Notes under the pieces: model-generated
Database searches by the model: none
What the model was told of the DNA's origin: nothing
What the model saw: only the letters and a program-made list of their open reading frames with translations
Made by a program: the position numbers and the translations under genes
In this document: piece by piece, positions 27,121-35,625 of the stretch
Numbering within the stretch: the first letter of the stretch is position 1
How the letters are laid out: each line of letters starts with the position of its first letter
IMG/VR virus record: IMGVR_UViG_3300045993_000450
Length of the DNA: 50,613 nucleotides
Strand: one strand, 5' to 3'
From: a virus

Positions 27121-28190
27121 AAGTCCTCATCTCTCCAGCACTTAGCGCTGGCATGAAAGGGCAAGCCCTCGATTGTTAATTCACTGTATTCCACAGTTAG
27201 CATGCGACCAATGTATTCCACTTTGTTCACCAGAGCGTCCCGTTTTTCTGCGTGGCTACCTGGAGCCGACGTGCGAAATATCTTGCCATTTTCTGCAAGG
27301 CATACGCAAATCCCCCAACCGTCTGCGCTAGGTTCCACATCGATGCACTTGAATTCAGCATCGTGAAAGTGTTTGACCTTCAACAACCCTGAACTGCGTT
27401 TACCGACCTCATATCCTCTGTTGTCTAGCCTCAACATGAGACCTTCGAACCCTGCACTTCGCACTTTGTTCATTTGGTCGTACATCAAAGGTGAACTGAC
27501 ATAGGGGTTATATGGAAGCACTAGTGTCTTGCCAAATACTTGAGTCTCGACGTCTTTAAGGATACCTGACAGTTCCTTATGTCTATCAACGTAGTCGTCC
27601 ATAGCTATGATGTCATAACACACAAAGCTTAACTTCGCTGTGTTAGGTTGCTTAGCCTTAATCCATGAAGCCAAGGTTTGTAATGGCACACCGTGACAGT
27701 AGAGTTCCCCATCAAGTGTATCGCCCTCAGGCAATCTATGTTTCAAGGCATCTAAAACGTGAGTGATGCTGGTTATGGGCTTACCTTGGCGGGAGTACGC
27801 AATGATCTCACCATCTTGTCTGGTGATGAGACATCTGTGGCCGTTGAGCTTCTTCTGTAGCACGGCTCCTTTGTAGTTCACCTGCTTAACCTTGTCGATG
27901 GACTGGGCCAACATAGGTCTTGCCAAACCCATCTGGTTAGAGCCACTGACTTCGGCTTCAGCAACAGTGTCTTTATAACCTTTATCCCTCATCCTGGAGA
28001 TGCGAGAGTTGATTCTGGAGTTGATCTGCTGTGCAAGAGAGCGACCGGCTAACCCAGCAGGTACTAACTCTTTGTGGAAAACTTCAGAGCCACCAATCGT
28101 CGTTGCATGAGCAATGAGAATAATCGACCCTTCGTTCCATATCCTCCAGGTACCCACGCTGTTAGCATGCATACGATAAAGGTATTTCAT
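27117..28190 (-). CDS. lig: ATP-dependent DNA ligase
   Basis: 357 aa. Motif I KLNGHR, motif IV FEGLMLR, motif V LLKVK. Confidence 0.85.
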   Translation of the reverse strand: MKYLYRMHANSVGTWRIWNEGSIILIAHATTIGGSEVFHKELVPAGLAGRSLAQQINSRINSRISRMRDKGYKDTVAEAEVSGSNQMGLARPMLAQSIDKVKQVNYKGAVLQKKLNGHRCLITRQDGEIIAYSRQGKPITSITHVLDALKHRLPEGDTLDGELYCHGVPLQTLASWIKAKQPNTAKLSFVCYDIIAMDDYVDRHKELSGILKDVETQVFGKTLVLPYNPYVSSPLMYDQMNKVRSAGFEGLMLRLDNRGYEVGKRSSGLLKVKHFHDAEFKCIDVEPSADGWGICVCLAENGKIFRTSAPGSHAEKRDALVNKVEYIGRMLTVEYSELTIEGLPFHASAKCWRDEDL

Positions 28191-28474
28191 TGCACCCGCT
28201 CCATAAGAGCGATGTACCCTGCCGTATCTACCATCGAGTCATGGTGCGTCGGGTTATGTAACAACCTAGCCTGCTTAACAGAGACCATCATCTGGCACAC
28301 ATCGTCGGTAGTGATCTCGCCGTTGAAGTTGTATTTGTGCTTAAGATGCACTGTCCAGTAATCAGCGATAGCTCGCAGATTGCGACCAGGGTCACCATAT
28401 GTTTCTTCACGATCACCGTAAATAACAGACTCAGCCTCTTGCAAGAGGTTATCGAACGCCTTTTTGATAGCCAT
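28187..28474 (-). CDS. Conserved phage protein of unknown function
   Basis: 95 aa. GDREETYGDPGRNLRAIADYW pattern is common in phage nucleotide-metabolism neighbourhoods (from memory). 4-nt overlap with the ligase gene. Confidence 0.5.
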   Translation of the reverse strand: MAIKKAFDNLLQEAESVIYGDREETYGDPGRNLRAIADYWTVHLKHKYNFNGEITTDDVCQMMVSVKQARLLHNPTHHDSMVDTAGYIALMERVQ

Positions 28475-28498
28475 ATAAATTCCTTCTGTGATGAATAA

Positions 28499-28580
28499 TG
28501 CTCTGATCAGTCTTATTTTTAAGTACGTATGCTAATACGTTTTTAACTTTCAGAGCGTTTCAGAGCGCGATGGGAGCGCT
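28499..28580 (-). repeat. E element copy E3 (subtype II, no CCAATAGCA core)
   Basis: TGCTCTGATCAG ... TTCAGAGCGTTTCAGAGCGCGATGGGAGCGCT. Internal ACGTAT-GCTA-ATACGT palindrome. Closest in layout to 41763..41852. Confidence 0.7.
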
Positions 28581-28584
28581 GGAA

Positions 28585-29055
28585 CTACACATTTCTAATT
28601 AACAATAGGCCTAAGTTAGAAAACTTAAACCATTCCCTACCTGCACGGGTCCAGAGCTCTTTTGCCTCTGGGTGCGGATATTCTTCAATAAACACTATGC
28701 GTTGGCACGACGTGTTTAGCAATAACTTCGTGCAGGTTATGCACGACGATGCGGTGCAGTATGCCGTATGGATACTCCACACATCACGGCACTGGAGCAA
28801 AGCGTTTTGTTCTGCGTGAATTGCTTCACAGAGATTAAGCCCCTCGCCCGATGGCAGACCAACCCCTGCACAAGGATGTTCCTGGCAGTTAGGTTGCCCA
28901 GAGGCTGGACCATTGTATCCTGTGGCCAAGACATGATTACGCTGATTGGTCAGTATGCAGCCAACCTTACGACGACTACAAGAGGCCCGGCTAGATGCCA
29001 AGACAGCCATAGACATGAAGTAAGTATCGATGTCTGGTCTCATGATACAAGCCAC
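28585..29055 (-). CDS. dCMP deaminase
   Basis: 156 aa. HAEQNAL zinc/catalytic motif and a SSCITCTKLL (CxxC) motif. Confidence 0.9.
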   Translation of the reverse strand: MACIMRPDIDTYFMSMAVLASSRASCSRRKVGCILTNQRNHVLATGYNGPASGQPNCQEHPCAGVGLPSGEGLNLCEAIHAEQNALLQCRDVWSIHTAYCTASSCITCTKLLLNTSCQRIVFIEEYPHPEAKELWTRAGREWFKFSNLGLLLIRNV

Positions 29056-29855
29056 TTTCCAAGTTCACCAGTGTTGGACATGTCTTTTCCACGACTAGCT
29101 ATGATTTTCAATGCCTCAATCGAGGTGCAAAACGGCATCTCAACTTCTTCGTACCCATCAGGTCCTGCACGTAAAATATCCGCCACCATCTCGAAGTGAC
29201 GCTCATATATGTGACTAGACATCGCGGTGATAGTCATATTTCCGCAAGCCAAGTAATGGTGTTCGGCTTGCAGGACCCCAAAAACTAGACGATACAGGAA
29301 GGCGAACGTAGGGATGTCGGTACCTAAACCAAAGATCTGGTCGCTAGACCGCATGTGAATAGACATATTCAGTTCGCCATTGCGGATACGAAAACCGACA
29401 CTCTCCGTACACACAGTATCCACCGTTTCCGGCTTCATGTGCTCTTTGCTGAGCATAGGAATCACTGCCCTGCGACTATCTTTGTCCCGTAACAATTCCA
29501 TGACCACAGACCAGAACCCTTGTTGTTCACCGAACCAGAATTGGCCGTAGTTGCTATTGAAGGTCCCATCAGGATTCTGCACTGACTCCCACATCTTCGC
29601 ATGTTGCTTAATGCTTTGGTCATATTTGTTGGCCGTCAACTTCCACAGCATTTCCTTCTTGAAATACTCGAAGTTATATTTACGATCTATGAAGGCCATA
29701 AATGGAAACAGAGGACTGACAGTTAACTGCAAGTCCTCTACTTCTGCGATGGTAAACCCTCTGGGTTTTACCAGGTGACCGTGAGACATTGTCTTGTCAA
29801 ACATCTCCAGGAAAGCCACTCTGTTCTGGTTAGCTAAGAGATCCATTTCTTCCAT
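29040..29855 (-). CDS. ThyA-family pyrimidine nucleotide C5-(hydroxy)methyltransferase, probably dCMP-specific
   Basis: 271 aa. EMLWKL, DSRRAV, catalytic Cys149 (DTVCTES), MRSSDQIFGLGTDIP. These align without gaps to E. coli ThyA QRSCDVFLGLPFNIA, placing Asp180 at the Asn177 position. Confidence 0.8.
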   Translation of the reverse strand: MEEMDLLANQNRVAFLEMFDKTMSHGHLVKPRGFTIAEVEDLQLTVSPLFPFMAFIDRKYNFEYFKKEMLWKLTANKYDQSIKQHAKMWESVQNPDGTFNSNYGQFWFGEQQGFWSVVMELLRDKDSRRAVIPMLSKEHMKPETVDTVCTESVGFRIRNGELNMSIHMRSSDQIFGLGTDIPTFAFLYRLVFGVLQAEHHYLACGNMTITAMSSHIYERHFEMVADILRAGPDGYEEVEMPFCTSIEALKIIASRGKDMSNTGELGKWLVS

Positions 29856-30346
29856 GCTCCTAAGTTGAACGCCATATCCATAGCCCGCTCGATTACAGAC
29901 TCGTCTGGCGTAATGTAATTATACACCAAGTGAGGTGTACTTCTAAACAATTGATCGTAGGACTCGATGTAATTGTGACCATTCAATTTGATGTTGGCCA
30001 AGGCTTCAGCCGTATCGTATGGCTTAACCTCATGACTATCGAGTTTCAATATGACATTTCGTGGTGGGCGACAGTAGATGATCACACAGCATTTTGTGAA
30101 AACCATCCTGTCTAAGTACGACATGTAGGCATGGTCAAATAAACGACCCTTGTAAACCTGTGAGGAAATACATGTGACCCTGTCCATGACGATAGGATTA
30201 CGGCACTCACGTAGTTGGTTGTCCAGGCAATTTTGCTCCTCGCCCCACGTTTTGGGGCGAGGTCCTGGGTGCACTATCTCTAGTCCAAACTTCTTCGCCA
30301 ACGTGGATTTTCCGGAATTATCCATGCCTTCCAGGATGATAGCCAT
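29834..30346 (-). CDS. dNMP (thymidylate-like) kinase
   Basis: 170 aa. P-loop ILEGMDNSGKSTLAKKFG is typical of Tmk-family kinases. Confidence 0.7.
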   Translation of the reverse strand: MAIILEGMDNSGKSTLAKKFGLEIVHPGPRPKTWGEEQNCLDNQLRECRNPIVMDRVTCISSQVYKGRLFDHAYMSYLDRMVFTKCCVIIYCRPPRNVILKLDSHEVKPYDTAEALANIKLNGHNYIESYDQLFRSTPHLVYNYITPDESVIERAMDMAFNLGAWKKWIS

Positions 30347-30738
30347 TATGACTCCAGGATTTCACCAATGCGGTGTTCAGGAGGAACCCAGCCTTCAGGC
30401 TTGATAGCGTCAGCGGCGGAGCCGTCACCACGACTAGCTTTAACACCAAGCTTTTTCTCCATATTGGCTTCATGGACCGCGGTGCAGCAACGGTTGATCT
30501 GGTCAGCTGTCATGCCCAGTTTGTACAGAGCGCCCATGGCGAAGTACTGCAGGTCAATCAAGGCATCGATCTGCCCAATGTAGTCAGCAGCTTGTGAAGC
30601 TTCAATGAATTCATCGACCTCTTCTCTGAGACACTTGACAGTGATCTCAAATTCGGGGAAAGACAGAGGGCATTGAATCCTTGGATGGATTTTGAGGACT
30701 TGTTGATTGAAGTCAATAACCTGGTGAGCGAAAGTCAT
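30346..30738 (-). CDS. MazG/HisE-like nucleoside triphosphate pyrophosphohydrolase
   Basis: 130 aa. LREEVDEFIEA ... DALIDLQYF acidic helices of all-alpha NTP pyrophosphatases. Its start shares a base with the kinase stop. Confidence 0.7.
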   Translation of the reverse strand: MTFAHQVIDFNQQVLKIHPRIQCPLSFPEFEITVKCLREEVDEFIEASQAADYIGQIDALIDLQYFAMGALYKLGMTADQINRCCTAVHEANMEKKLGVKASRGDGSAADAIKPEGWVPPEHRIGEILES

Positions 30739-30739
30739 T

Positions 30740-32362
30740 TTAGTTCCTTATGATGAAAGTACGAAAGTCTCTGCCTGGAGCCACAGCCCTCTGCTTAGTG
30801 TGAGTACCCTTGATTTGAGATTCACCCAAAACAATAGGCACGCCGTGGAAGTTGTAACTCGTATTGATCAGTGGACCGAACGCGTTCACAAGAGCTAATA
30901 AATGTGGATCGTCCGTGATTTGCGGTCTGCATGTATGCACTCGCAAATCTGGATAATAATGTGCACCGCCAAACAGGTCACTTTCTTTGCCTGGTCTGAA
31001 ATCGCGGGTACAGATCATATATCCCAATGACTTATGGATCTTGCTTACATCGATAAACAAATCTACGGCCTGCTCTGCACTCATGACGAGTGCGAAGGGC
31101 ATCTCATTAGTGCGGTCATTAATCTCATTGATGGTCTCACCAATAGATGAGTAAGGCAAAGCCAATGTGGTGGTATTACATAAAGCACGAGGGCCGAATT
31201 CCATCGCACCTCGCACGATATTAACAAAACCGATCTCACTCAGTTCGTCGACTATAGGACCCATGGCGGTATCCAGGTCTTCAAACGAAACCATCTGTAT
31301 ATCGTCACATGCGAAGTTCAAATCACGATGCCCCCAGAACAAGTGTTCAGGCCACTCAAGATCACCGAAGTATCGCTGATAAACACCAAGCCCGCAACCT
31401 TGATCACCCGCTAACGGCATGATACAAGTCTTTTCAGGTGTGAGTTTTGCCAAGATACTGTTTAACTTCACATTGTAGAACAGGCCGCCCACTAACAACA
31501 GGTTCGTGGGCGCAAAGTTATGGAAAATAGTAACCATCACTTCCTCAACCACATGTTGTACAAAGTAAGAGATGATGCAGCGCTTGTCGTGAACTGATGC
31601 CCCGCTGGCGTCCATTTCAATGAGGACTCTCTGCAACAAGACATCTATACGGGCTTGCGTCTCTGTCAGTGCAGTGGCCATCAATAATGGGTCTGTCTCT
31701 TTATCGATCTTGCTGTGGAAGATATTGTCGACCCATACCTTTGCTGTATCAAGGACGATACTGTTCAGTTTAAGGACATTATACCCCAGTTTATGCAGGT
31801 GCACCTCGTAGGCCAACATCTTGTATTCATGGTTGTGCATCTTCATGCCCAAGAATGCTGTGGCATATTGATATAATAGGCCTAATGATTTTTCAAATCC
31901 GAACCAGCGGTTAAGCAGTCTATAACTACCTCGATGAACTTCATAAACAGAGATGCACTCGCCTGACGAGCCGAACCCGTCGGCCACAATGGCGGTATAT
32001 GTGTTGGCGAAATCGTCCCCCGCAAAAACCACGGCTGATTCGAGGTGACTGTCGTGATGACTGAATTCACGATCAAGTGAGAGTACTTCACAATGTGGCA
32101 TCAGTTTGACCAGAAAATCAGGATCCCAGTACTTATTAGGCTTAGGAAGATCATGATCCAGAAACCAATGACCGACGCACACGCTCGTGTCAGAAGGCAG
32201 AGGAAATCGTTTATTGATCTCATTGATAGCGTCAGTAGGGAAATGTGAATCGGACTTCACAGTAGAGAATCGCTCTTGTTCGTACCCACAAATGACTTGA
32301 CCGTCAACGATGAGTACTGCAGAGCTATTGTGACCTAGAGTCAGGGCCAATGCTGTTGTCAT
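30740..32362 (-). CDS. Carbamoyltransferase (NodU/CmcH/TobZ family)
   Basis: 540 aa. N-terminal LTLGHNSSAVLIVDGQVICGYEQERF (Kae1/ASKHA-like). C-terminal MEFGPRALCN ... NTSYNFHGVPIV (YrdC-like carbamoyl-adenylate domain). Confidence 0.85.
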   Translation of the reverse strand: MTTALALTLGHNSSAVLIVDGQVICGYEQERFSTVKSDSHFPTDAINEINKRFPLPSDTSVCVGHWFLDHDLPKPNKYWDPDFLVKLMPHCEVLSLDREFSHHDSHLESAVVFAGDDFANTYTAIVADGFGSSGECISVYEVHRGSYRLLNRWFGFEKSLGLLYQYATAFLGMKMHNHEYKMLAYEVHLHKLGYNVLKLNSIVLDTAKVWVDNIFHSKIDKETDPLLMATALTETQARIDVLLQRVLIEMDASGASVHDKRCIISYFVQHVVEEVMVTIFHNFAPTNLLLVGGLFYNVKLNSILAKLTPEKTCIMPLAGDQGCGLGVYQRYFGDLEWPEHLFWGHRDLNFACDDIQMVSFEDLDTAMGPIVDELSEIGFVNIVRGAMEFGPRALCNTTTLALPYSSIGETINEINDRTNEMPFALVMSAEQAVDLFIDVSKIHKSLGYMICTRDFRPGKESDLFGGAHYYPDLRVHTCRPQITDDPHLLALVNAFGPLINTSYNFHGVPIVLGESQIKGTHTKQRAVAPGRDFRTFIIRN

Positions 32363-32377
32363 TTTTATTCCAGTAAT

Positions 32378-32397
32378 GATGGGGCCGAAGCCCCATC
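32378..32397 (-). other. GC-rich hairpin with a UUCG tetraloop (GAUGGGGC-UUCG-GCCCCAUC) directly after the 32405 gene
   Basis: Perfect 8-bp stem. The T-run (GTTTGTTTT) is on the + strand side only. On the - strand it is more likely an mRNA stabiliser or processing site. Confidence 0.5.
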
Positions 32398-32404
32398 GTT
32401 TGTT

Positions 32405-33241
32405 TTACCATTTACCCAGTACGTCGTCCACACCCTTGTTAGAGGTGGATTTTGTGTCAGCAATCGTGGCGTCCACAGTCTGCGTTGCTTCTTTGACAGA
32501 AGGCAAAGCTTTTGGCTTTTCACGAGCATCTTCCAGCAAAGGAGCTGCGGATGCGCTGCCAATGTTCCAGTCACGAGCAATGTTGCGATCAAGAGCAGAC
32601 TTGCCCGTTTTCTCATCCAAGAAGCCGAGCATCTCGAATTCCAACATTGGGAACTCAGAATCTTCCATTGTGATTTGAGTAATCACAGCAGAAATCGGGT
32701 ACCCATTGGTTTTCAATTCACGGCCATACTCAGACACATTCTTCAGAGAAGTAACCGGGATGCCCATAGCAAACACAGTACCGTCGATGTCTTCAGGCAA
32801 GGCCAACCAAACACGTTTGCTGTCACGACAAGCTTTTGATTTCTTGCCAGAACGAGAAGTGGCGGAGCCGAACTGATTCTTAGGACATGTCTGACAACGC
32901 TGCGCTTGTGGGGTGGTCACCCAACCATCAGGCGCAATACCATCAGAACTGGCACACGTAGGCGGAGAACTGTCACCACTGTTGTAAGTACCCTCGTAGA
33001 AGGTCTTGATAAACAAACCAGCGCCGGGCTCCACAGCCAAGATCACTGCATTCAGTTCATCGGACGGTTTACGAATCTCTTCACCCCCTTCCACCAAACG
33101 GAACTTGCGGCCACGCAAAGAGACACGTGGGATGGAGATGCTGCTTGAGGCAAGACTGTCTGCTTCAGCATTCGCACCTTGACTAGCCATGAAGGCCTTC
33201 AGATACTCTGGTATTGCTACCGCCGTAGTTTTATCTGTCAT
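32405..33241 (-). CDS. Hypothetical DNA-metabolism protein with a Cys cluster (possible ssDNA-binding/annealing protein)
   Basis: 278 aa. PPTCASSDG...QRCQTCPKNQFGS...KACRDS cysteines and an acidic-to-basic C-terminal tail. It occupies the SSB/recombinase slot of the replication module. Function not established. Confidence 0.35.
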   Translation of the reverse strand: MTDKTTAVAIPEYLKAFMASQGANAEADSLASSSISIPRVSLRGRKFRLVEGGEEIRKPSDELNAVILAVEPGAGLFIKTFYEGTYNSGDSSPPTCASSDGIAPDGWVTTPQAQRCQTCPKNQFGSATSRSGKKSKACRDSKRVWLALPEDIDGTVFAMGIPVTSLKNVSEYGRELKTNGYPISAVITQITMEDSEFPMLEFEMLGFLDEKTGKSALDRNIARDWNIGSASAAPLLEDAREKPKALPSVKEATQTVDATIADTKSTSNKGVDDVLGKW

Positions 33242-33297
33242 TTCAGATTTCCTTGTTATTAAACCAGGTCAGATTAAGGCTCTGACCAATGCCTATC

Positions 33298-33717
33298 TTA
33301 CGATTTGGTAGGACGACGGACGTCCATCTCAACCTCAGCCACATAATCAAGGCCAGGAGGGATGATACCGGTACCGTCGTGAATTTCTTTGGTGGCCAGT
33401 TTAGCGACCCGCTTTTCTAGACACTGGAAGTTGCCTGTGTCCTTGATCCAACCAATGAATGAATCCCAACCACCTGTTGCAACACGGTAACTAGTCTTCA
33501 CACTGCGGAATGCTGTGCCATACTGATTTGACTTGAAGCTGTCGACCCCCAATTCGTCGGCCTTATCACGCAGCCACATGGAGATCTGTTCGAGTACAGT
33601 CTTGAGGGCTGTCTCTTCTTCTTTGAAAGCGTGTTGACGTGCACGCAAATCGTCACGAGTTTCAACGTAGGCTTTGATGGCTTCGTCAATACTGGAGAAG
33701 TTGGGTTTTTCTAACAT
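33298..33717 (-). CDS. Hypothetical coiled-coil protein (replication/recombination module)
   Basis: 139-aa ORF between the SNF2 helicase and the Cys-cluster protein. Confidence 0.5.
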   Translation of the reverse strand: MLEKPNFSSIDEAIKAYVETRDDLRARQHAFKEEETALKTVLEQISMWLRDKADELGVDSFKSNQYGTAFRSVKTSYRVATGGWDSFIGWIKDTGNFQCLEKRVAKLATKEIHDGTGIIPPGLDYVAEVEMDVRRPTKS

Positions 33718-33794
33718 TTCGGATTCCTTATTTAGTAGTAGCGACTTGCTACTTGTTAATTATACTGCAAAAAACAGTCGTTTTTCGCCCCTAA

Positions 33795-35183
33795 TCACAG
33801 GACCGCGAACATATCCAGCACCTCATGCGAGTTACTCTCTTTGTTTTGTACTATGCTTAAAAGTCTCTTTTCAGCCTGGCAACCTATGAGGTGGATTATC
33901 AATTGTTTACGAGTCTGACCAGCCCTGGTTATACGACCATTCGCTTGCACATAGATTTCTCCTGAGGGAACCAGCGAGTGCCATACGATCACGTTCGCTG
34001 CGGTCAAGGTAATACCATGCGCAGACGACTGAGGTTGAATGATAAGAACCTGAAGATCTCCATCCTGGAAATTCTTGATGTGGTTAGCACGAACCTTATG
34101 GTCCACAGACCCATATATACACTCTGCCCTTGCGCCTTTCTTGCGGAAGAACTCCACAAGATGCTCGATGCTGGCCCTGAATGCACAGAACACAACGAGT
34201 TTTGTTTTACCTGTTTCCTCAAAGATTCTCCACAACTCGTCATCTCGTGTGGAGCTGTCAAGCTTATAGGCGTTGCCCTCATCATCTTTCACACTGCCCG
34301 CAGCTATCTGCAGCAACTTCATGACTTTCACTGCCGCATTGACTGCGGTTATCTCACCTGCGGCATACTCAACAAGGAGTTCCTTTTTCATTTTGTCGTA
34401 GACTTCTCTTTGCTCACTTGTGAACTCGACAATAATGTCTTCGTACTGACACGGCGGCAAATCAAGACATTTGTCACGCTCAAACCGTATGGCTGGTTGC
34501 AATACACGATTCACTATGTCCGGCGCATTGGGCTTAGGTAGCCACAAGAACGGTCCTACCTGTTGCTCCACGGAGTCACGGAATGCTGTGTAGTATTTAG
34601 GCAGGAAGGGGTTATTTGGGTTGACCACTTTAGCTTGTCCAAAAGCTTCAGTGGGTCCATTAGGTGTTGGTGCGCCGGTCAATGCATGAACGGCCTTGAC
34701 ATTACGACATATGTTGATCATAGCCTTGCTACGATTAGTCGTGTGCTTCTTGAAGGCAGTCAATTCATCGATGATAATCAAGTCGAACTTGGCTCGTATA
34801 AGGGCCTCCTCCATTATCACCACACCATCATGGTTAATGATAATGAAGTCCGCTTTGCCAGCTATTACGGATTCTCTATATGACTTATTTCCATGCGCGA
34901 TTGCGTACTTTCTGTGCGGGAAGTTTGTGAAGATTTCTCTTCCCCATACGGACTGCATCGTTGACAGCGGACACACTATCAGAATTTTCTTTATCTTGTC
35001 GTTGCACAACAGGAAATCTGCGGCCCATAAGCTTGATAGCGTTTTCCCAGTTCCTAGGTCGGAAAAGTTGAAGGCGCGTAGATTCATCAAAAGAAACTTC
35101 GTCGTCTCTATTTGGTGGGAAAAGGGCTTCTGCCCGATTTTCATTGGCCATTGGTATTGGTCAAGTGGTAGTCGTAGAGTCAT
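33795..35183 (-). CDS. SNF2-family DEAD/H helicase
   Basis: 462 aa. DLGTGKT (motif I), IIIDELTAF (motif II), QANGRITRAGQ (motif VI). Confidence 0.85.
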   Translation of the reverse strand: MTLRLPLDQYQWPMKIGQKPFSHQIETTKFLLMNLRAFNFSDLGTGKTLSSLWAADFLLCNDKIKKILIVCPLSTMQSVWGREIFTNFPHRKYAIAHGNKSYRESVIAGKADFIIINHDGVVIMEEALIRAKFDLIIIDELTAFKKHTTNRSKAMINICRNVKAVHALTGAPTPNGPTEAFGQAKVVNPNNPFLPKYYTAFRDSVEQQVGPFLWLPKPNAPDIVNRVLQPAIRFERDKCLDLPPCQYEDIIVEFTSEQREVYDKMKKELLVEYAAGEITAVNAAVKVMKLLQIAAGSVKDDEGNAYKLDSSTRDDELWRIFEETGKTKLVVFCAFRASIEHLVEFFRKKGARAECIYGSVDHKVRANHIKNFQDGDLQVLIIQPQSSAHGITLTAANVIVWHSLVPSGEIYVQANGRITRAGQTRKQLIIHLIGCQAEKRLLSIVQNKESNSHEVLDMFAVL

Positions 35184-35493
35184 AGTTTATTCTCTCAAAG
35201 ATTTTATTTCGTATTTTGACCATCTTATCCAGGTCTTTACCCGTCACAACAGCTGCTACGCCACCCTGACGGGCTATATGTCTCAAGTGTCTCCATTGGA
35301 GTACCGATGGAGTATTACCTTCGACCTTCGCTTCAATCGCTATAAAGATTCCTTTCCATAAATACAAGTGATCAGGCACCCCGCCATTCCCGAACATGCC
35401 GCCAGGTGGCGAGAAGTACCAGATGTCTTCAAAGTTCTCAGTCATGTACTTCCGTATGAAATCCTTGACCTTACCTTCTGGGGACTGTGCCAT
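35161..35493 (-). CDS. VRR-NUC domain nuclease
   Basis: 110 aa. GVPDHLYLWKGIFIAIEAKVEGNTPSVLQ matches the VRR-NUC PD-(D/E)xK core. Confidence 0.8.
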   Translation of the reverse strand: MAQSPEGKVKDFIRKYMTENFEDIWYFSPPGGMFGNGGVPDHLYLWKGIFIAIEAKVEGNTPSVLQWRHLRHIARQGGVAAVVTGKDLDKMVKIRNKIFERINYDSTTTT

Positions 35494-35504
35494 TATTACC
35501 TCGT

Positions 35505-35614
35505 ACGCTCTGGGCGCTCTGAACTAGCGCTCTGAATTAAGTTATAAAAAGTTAGCCTTAGTATTGCTATTGGTAGCAGTTATTTTAACTGATCAGAGCG
35601 CATACCTGAGCGCT
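35505..35614 (-). repeat. E element copy E4 (inverted orientation relative to E1/E2)
   Basis: By eye, the reverse complement matches E2 at most positions over about 104 nt, including GCTACCAATAGCAATAC(T)AAGGCTA and both GCGCTCTGA arm pairs. Confidence 0.9.
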
Positions 35615-35625
35615 ACTTTTCATCA

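Noticed and set aside
32378-32407. Interpreting the GC hairpin plus GTTTGTTTT as a + strand terminator inside the - strand operon
   Set aside because: No + strand transcription unit is expected to read into this position. On the - strand it directly follows a stop codon, so a role as an mRNA 3' stabiliser or processing site seems more plausible. It is kept as a feature, but not as a terminator call.
34696-35361. 221-aa + strand ORF, and other long antisense ORFs (991..1476 -, 9301..9621 -, 10015..10344 -, 13327..13731 -, 23379..23795 -, 33978..34541 +, 44941..45417 +)
   Set aside because: Each is fully embedded antisense in a gene with clear functional motifs (SNF2 helicase, TerL, tape measure and others). 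They have low-complexity or odd composition and lack start signals, so they are shadow ORFs.
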